This document shows positions 61,272 through 64,000 of a stretch of 64,000 bases of DNA, piece after piece (within the stretch, counting starts at the first letter, position 1; every line of letters starts with the position of its first letter). The notes beneath the pieces are model-generated. The model saw nothing but the letters and a program-made list of their open reading frames with translations. It ran no database searches and was not told where the DNA came from. The translations under genes were made by a program, and so were the position numbers. Origin of the DNA: Candidatus Culexmicrobium cathedralense (GTDB taxonomy: Archaea; Thermoproteota; Methanomethylicia; Culexarchaeales; Culexmicrobiaceae); contig JANZKC010000001.1 in the NCBI GenBank assembly GCA_025061115.1, positions 352,001-416,000 of the forward strand, in the 5' to 3' direction.

Positions 61272-62162
61272 ATGATAATTGGAGTTGCTACTAGAAATCC
61301 AAAATCTTGGTGTTCAATACGCCTCGGAGAAGCCATCAAGAGGAAAGGCCACCAGGTAAAGTACATCAACCTTTCAAAAGTAGCAGCGAGAATAGGAGCT
61401 AATCCAACTTTAGAGTATAGGGGTTTAAACCTAGCTAAAGACATAGCGGCACTAATCGTAAGACCAATAGGAAGAGGCTCACTTGACGAGGTAATATTTA
61501 GGCTTGATCTACTTCATAGACTGGAAATGGCTGGAATACCAGTAATCAATAGCCCAAAATCAATAGAGTTGTGCGTCGACAAATACCATGCACTCATGAC
61601 GTTAAGTAAAAAAGGCTTGCCAGTCCCCAAGACAGCAGTAACCGAAGATGTGGAAAATGCGATGAAACTATTCCACGAGTTAGGTGGAGACGTAATAGTA
61701 AAACCCCTCTTTGGCTCCAGAGGCTTCGGAATAGTTAGAGTTAGCGACCCCGACATGGCATTTAGAGTTTTTAGAGCACTAGAAATCATTAGAAGCGTAA
61801 TATACATTCAAGAATTTATCCCCCATGGAACGAAGGATATAAGAGCATTCGTAATTGGAGACAATGTCATAGCCTCAATGTATAGAGAGGCAACAGGCTG
61901 GAAAACCAACATAGCTCAAGGAGCAAAACCAAAGCCAGCCAAGCTTAAAGAAGAAGTACGCGAGTTGGCAATAAAAGCCGCAAGAGCAACAGGGTGTGAA
62001 ATCGCAGGAGTAGACATACTTGAAAGCCCGAATGGCTACTATATAGTTGAAATAAATAGCATGCCAGGCTGGGAGGGACTTCAAAAGGTCTCAAAAGTAA
62101 ATATAGCTGAGGAAATAGTTAGTCATGTTTTAAATAGAGTTAAAAAATCTAAAAAACCTTAG
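61272..62162 (+). CDS. RimK-family ATP-grasp alpha-L-glutamate ligase (MptN-like)
   Basis: IN..SIELCVDK, VPKT, KPLFGSRG, YIQEF, DIRAFV, WKTNIAQG, GVDIL, EINSMPGW. Confidence 0.9.
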   Translation: MIIGVATRNPKSWCSIRLGEAIKRKGHQVKYINLSKVAARIGANPTLEYRGLNLAKDIAALIVRPIGRGSLDEVIFRLDLLHRLEMAGIPVINSPKSIELCVDKYHALMTLSKKGLPVPKTAVTEDVENAMKLFHELGGDVIVKPLFGSRGFGIVRVSDPDMAFRVFRALEIIRSVIYIQEFIPHGTKDIRAFVIGDNVIASMYREATGWKTNIAQGAKPKPAKLKEEVRELAIKAARATGCEIAGVDILESPNGYYIVEINSMPGWEGLQKVSKVNIAEEIVSHVLNRVKKSKKP

Positions 62163-63519
62163 CGTACCTAGCCCATCTATAGTATGCTCCAAGTGAAGAT
62201 GCAGCTCTATCAGGAGATGGATAAGCAGGTATTCCAACATCATTTAACAACTTTAAACCCTCATTACACTCCACTCCTCCAATGAAGCTTACCATAATAG
62301 GCTTAGGAGCTCTAGACTCAACATAACTTTTAATTATGGCTTTTGCGATCATTCTTGGATCCGTTATTGCAGTATGGCAGTAAATCACCAATATTGCACC
62401 AACTCTAGGATCTTCAAGAGCAACCTTAATCGCCCCTCTATATGACTCCTCAGTTGCTTGGCCAGTTAAGTCAACAGGATTTCTCGTACTTCCAAATGGA
62501 GGCATGTGCTCTCTAAACTTATCAGCTAAGTCCTCGGGAAGATCCATCAACTTCAGCTTATACTCTTCACATGCATCTGCAGCTATAACTCCAGCGCCAC
62601 CACCATTAGTAATTACAACCACGTTTTCATTTATTGGAGGGGGCTGAAACACAATTGCTCTAGCCCAATCAAATGCCTCCTGAATGGAGCTAGCTCTCAA
62701 AACTCCAGACTGCCTAAATGCAGCACTATAAACTTCATCTGAGCCAGCCAAAGAGCCAGTGTGAGAAGCGGCTGCAATTGCACCTCTCCTAGATCTACCA
62801 GCCTTTAAAACAATTATAGGCTTAACCTTACTAACCCTCCTTGCAACCTTTAGGAAGCGCCTCCCATTCTTCAACCCTTCCATGTAAATTAATATCACCT
62901 TGGAATTTTCATCATCAACAAAGAACTCGAGCAGATCTGAATCCTCAATATCAGCTTTATTCCCAACGCTGACAACCGATGACAAACCTATTCTCTCCAG
63001 GAAAGTCCATCCCATTAAAGCTATGCCTAAAGCCCCGCTCTGAGAAATGAATGCAATGTTCCCCTTTAAAACCTTCATCGGCCCAAAGGTTGCATTCAAC
63101 TTTGAAGGAGTATAGAGAAGACCGAAAACATTTGGACCTAAAATTCGCATGCCATATCGCTTGGCAATCCTGACCAACTCTTCCTCCGCCTCGACATTAC
63201 CCACTTCTGAAAAGCCCGAACTAATGATAATTGCAACCTTCACTCCCTTTCGACCGCATTCGTCCAATGCCTTAGGGACAATGCGCGCAGGTATGGAAAT
63301 CACAGCCAAGTCAACTTCATCAGGTACATCCAGAATTGATGGATAAGCCTTTAAACCCATGATTTCATCAGCATTAGGATTTACAGGATATATTTTTCCT
63401 TCATATCCAAAACCAATGATGTTACGGAGAATTTCATGTCCAATCTTTCCAGGGCTTCTCGAGGCGCCAATGACGGCTACTGATCTAGGATAAAATAGGT
63501 ACCTTAACTGCTGTGCCAC
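62149..63519 (-). CDS. acdA: ADP-forming acyl-CoA synthetase alpha subunit
   Basis: PRSVAVIGAS, YPVNP, SSGFSE, GPNVFG, SQSGALG, GNKAD, SHTGSLAG, TNGGG, NPVDLTG. Probable GTG start 63519 (ORF extends to 63636). Confidence 0.93.
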   Translation of the reverse strand: MAQQLRYLFYPRSVAVIGASRSPGKIGHEILRNIIGFGYEGKIYPVNPNADEIMGLKAYPSILDVPDEVDLAVISIPARIVPKALDECGRKGVKVAIIISSGFSEVGNVEAEEELVRIAKRYGMRILGPNVFGLLYTPSKLNATFGPMKVLKGNIAFISQSGALGIALMGWTFLERIGLSSVVSVGNKADIEDSDLLEFFVDDENSKVILIYMEGLKNGRRFLKVARRVSKVKPIIVLKAGRSRRGAIAAASHTGSLAGSDEVYSAAFRQSGVLRASSIQEAFDWARAIVFQPPPINENVVVITNGGGAGVIAADACEEYKLKLMDLPEDLADKFREHMPPFGSTRNPVDLTGQATEESYRGAIKVALEDPRVGAILVIYCHTAITDPRMIAKAIIKSYVESRAPKPIMVSFIGGVECNEGLKLLNDVGIPAYPSPDRAASSLGAYYRWARYAKVF

Positions 63520-63746
63520 ATATGTTAAGGCCGAATTGCCATTCAAATAGAATCCTCTCCGATGAGCGTGATGATAATGTGAGTGATAAAATAAATATTT
63601 TACCTTTTTCTGAAGAATAAAAACCTCTATACTCAAGTAAAAAAAGAATTATCATAAATGAAAAGAAAACCACGAAAAACGTGCAATCTAACTTTATATA
63701 GACGACTAACAAATCACTTTATAAGCAGCAAAGCAACTGTGAGAAC

Positions 63747-64000
63747 ATGTCCATCGAGAAAGTCGTAGTTATAGATTTCGGATCCCAATACACCCACCTA
63801 ATTGCAAGAAGGGTTAGAGAATTAAGAATATACAGCGAAGTCATTCCATGTACAGCCAGCATCAAGGAAATAGAGATGCATAAGCCTAAAGCGCTCATCC
63901 TATCAGGAGGGCCCAAAAGCGTTTATGAAAAAGACGCATTAAAAATCGATAAAAGCATATTGAAATGGGCAATGGATTCGAAAATACCGGTGCTAGGAAT
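63747..64000 (+). CDS. guaA: GMP synthase glutamine amidotransferase domain (runs off window end)
   Basis: Not in ORF track. [46 protein letters not shown]. Confidence 0.93.
   Translation, partial: MSIEKVVVIDFGSQYTHLIARRVRELRIYSEVIPCTASIKEIEMHKPKALILSGGPKSVYEKDALKIDKSILKWAMDSKIPVLG

Noticed and set aside
63560-63615. Possible C/D-box sRNA (GTGATGA...CTGA)
   Set aside because: No convincing D'/C' pair or recognisable guide sequence.
1-64000. tRNA, rRNA, CRISPR array, IS elements
   Set aside because: None seen by eye; tRNAscan-SE, Infernal and CRISPR finders would be needed to exclude them formally.

Overview
Archaeal chromosome segment, most likely from a thermophilic Thermoproteota (TACK) anaerobe such as Culexarchaeia or Methanomethylicia; the taxon is inference. 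It carries about 50 densely packed genes, and I saw no rRNA, tRNA, CRISPR array or transposase. Main blocks: peptide/amino-acid catabolic enzymes, DNA ligase, nnr, a membrane-anchored ChlI/ChlD-like AAA+-VWA protein next to tldD/tldE, feoA/feoB, and a five-gene nurA-HAS barrel-herA-sbcD/mre11-sbcC/rad50 operon with bacterial-type motifs. An H4MPT C1 cluster keeps ftr, fwdDB, fwdA, fwdC and rimK intact while mtd, mch and a nucleotidyltransferase are broken. The most novel signal is in an AT-rich island at 6.6-8.3 kb. There an unannotated 19-aa ORF (MVEIYPMGDPVDDPWPDTN), with its own candidate promoter, RBS, terminator and palindromic operator, lies directly upstream of a tandem Lrp/AsnC-like regulator. 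This is a candidate archaeal peptide-regulator signalling cassette.
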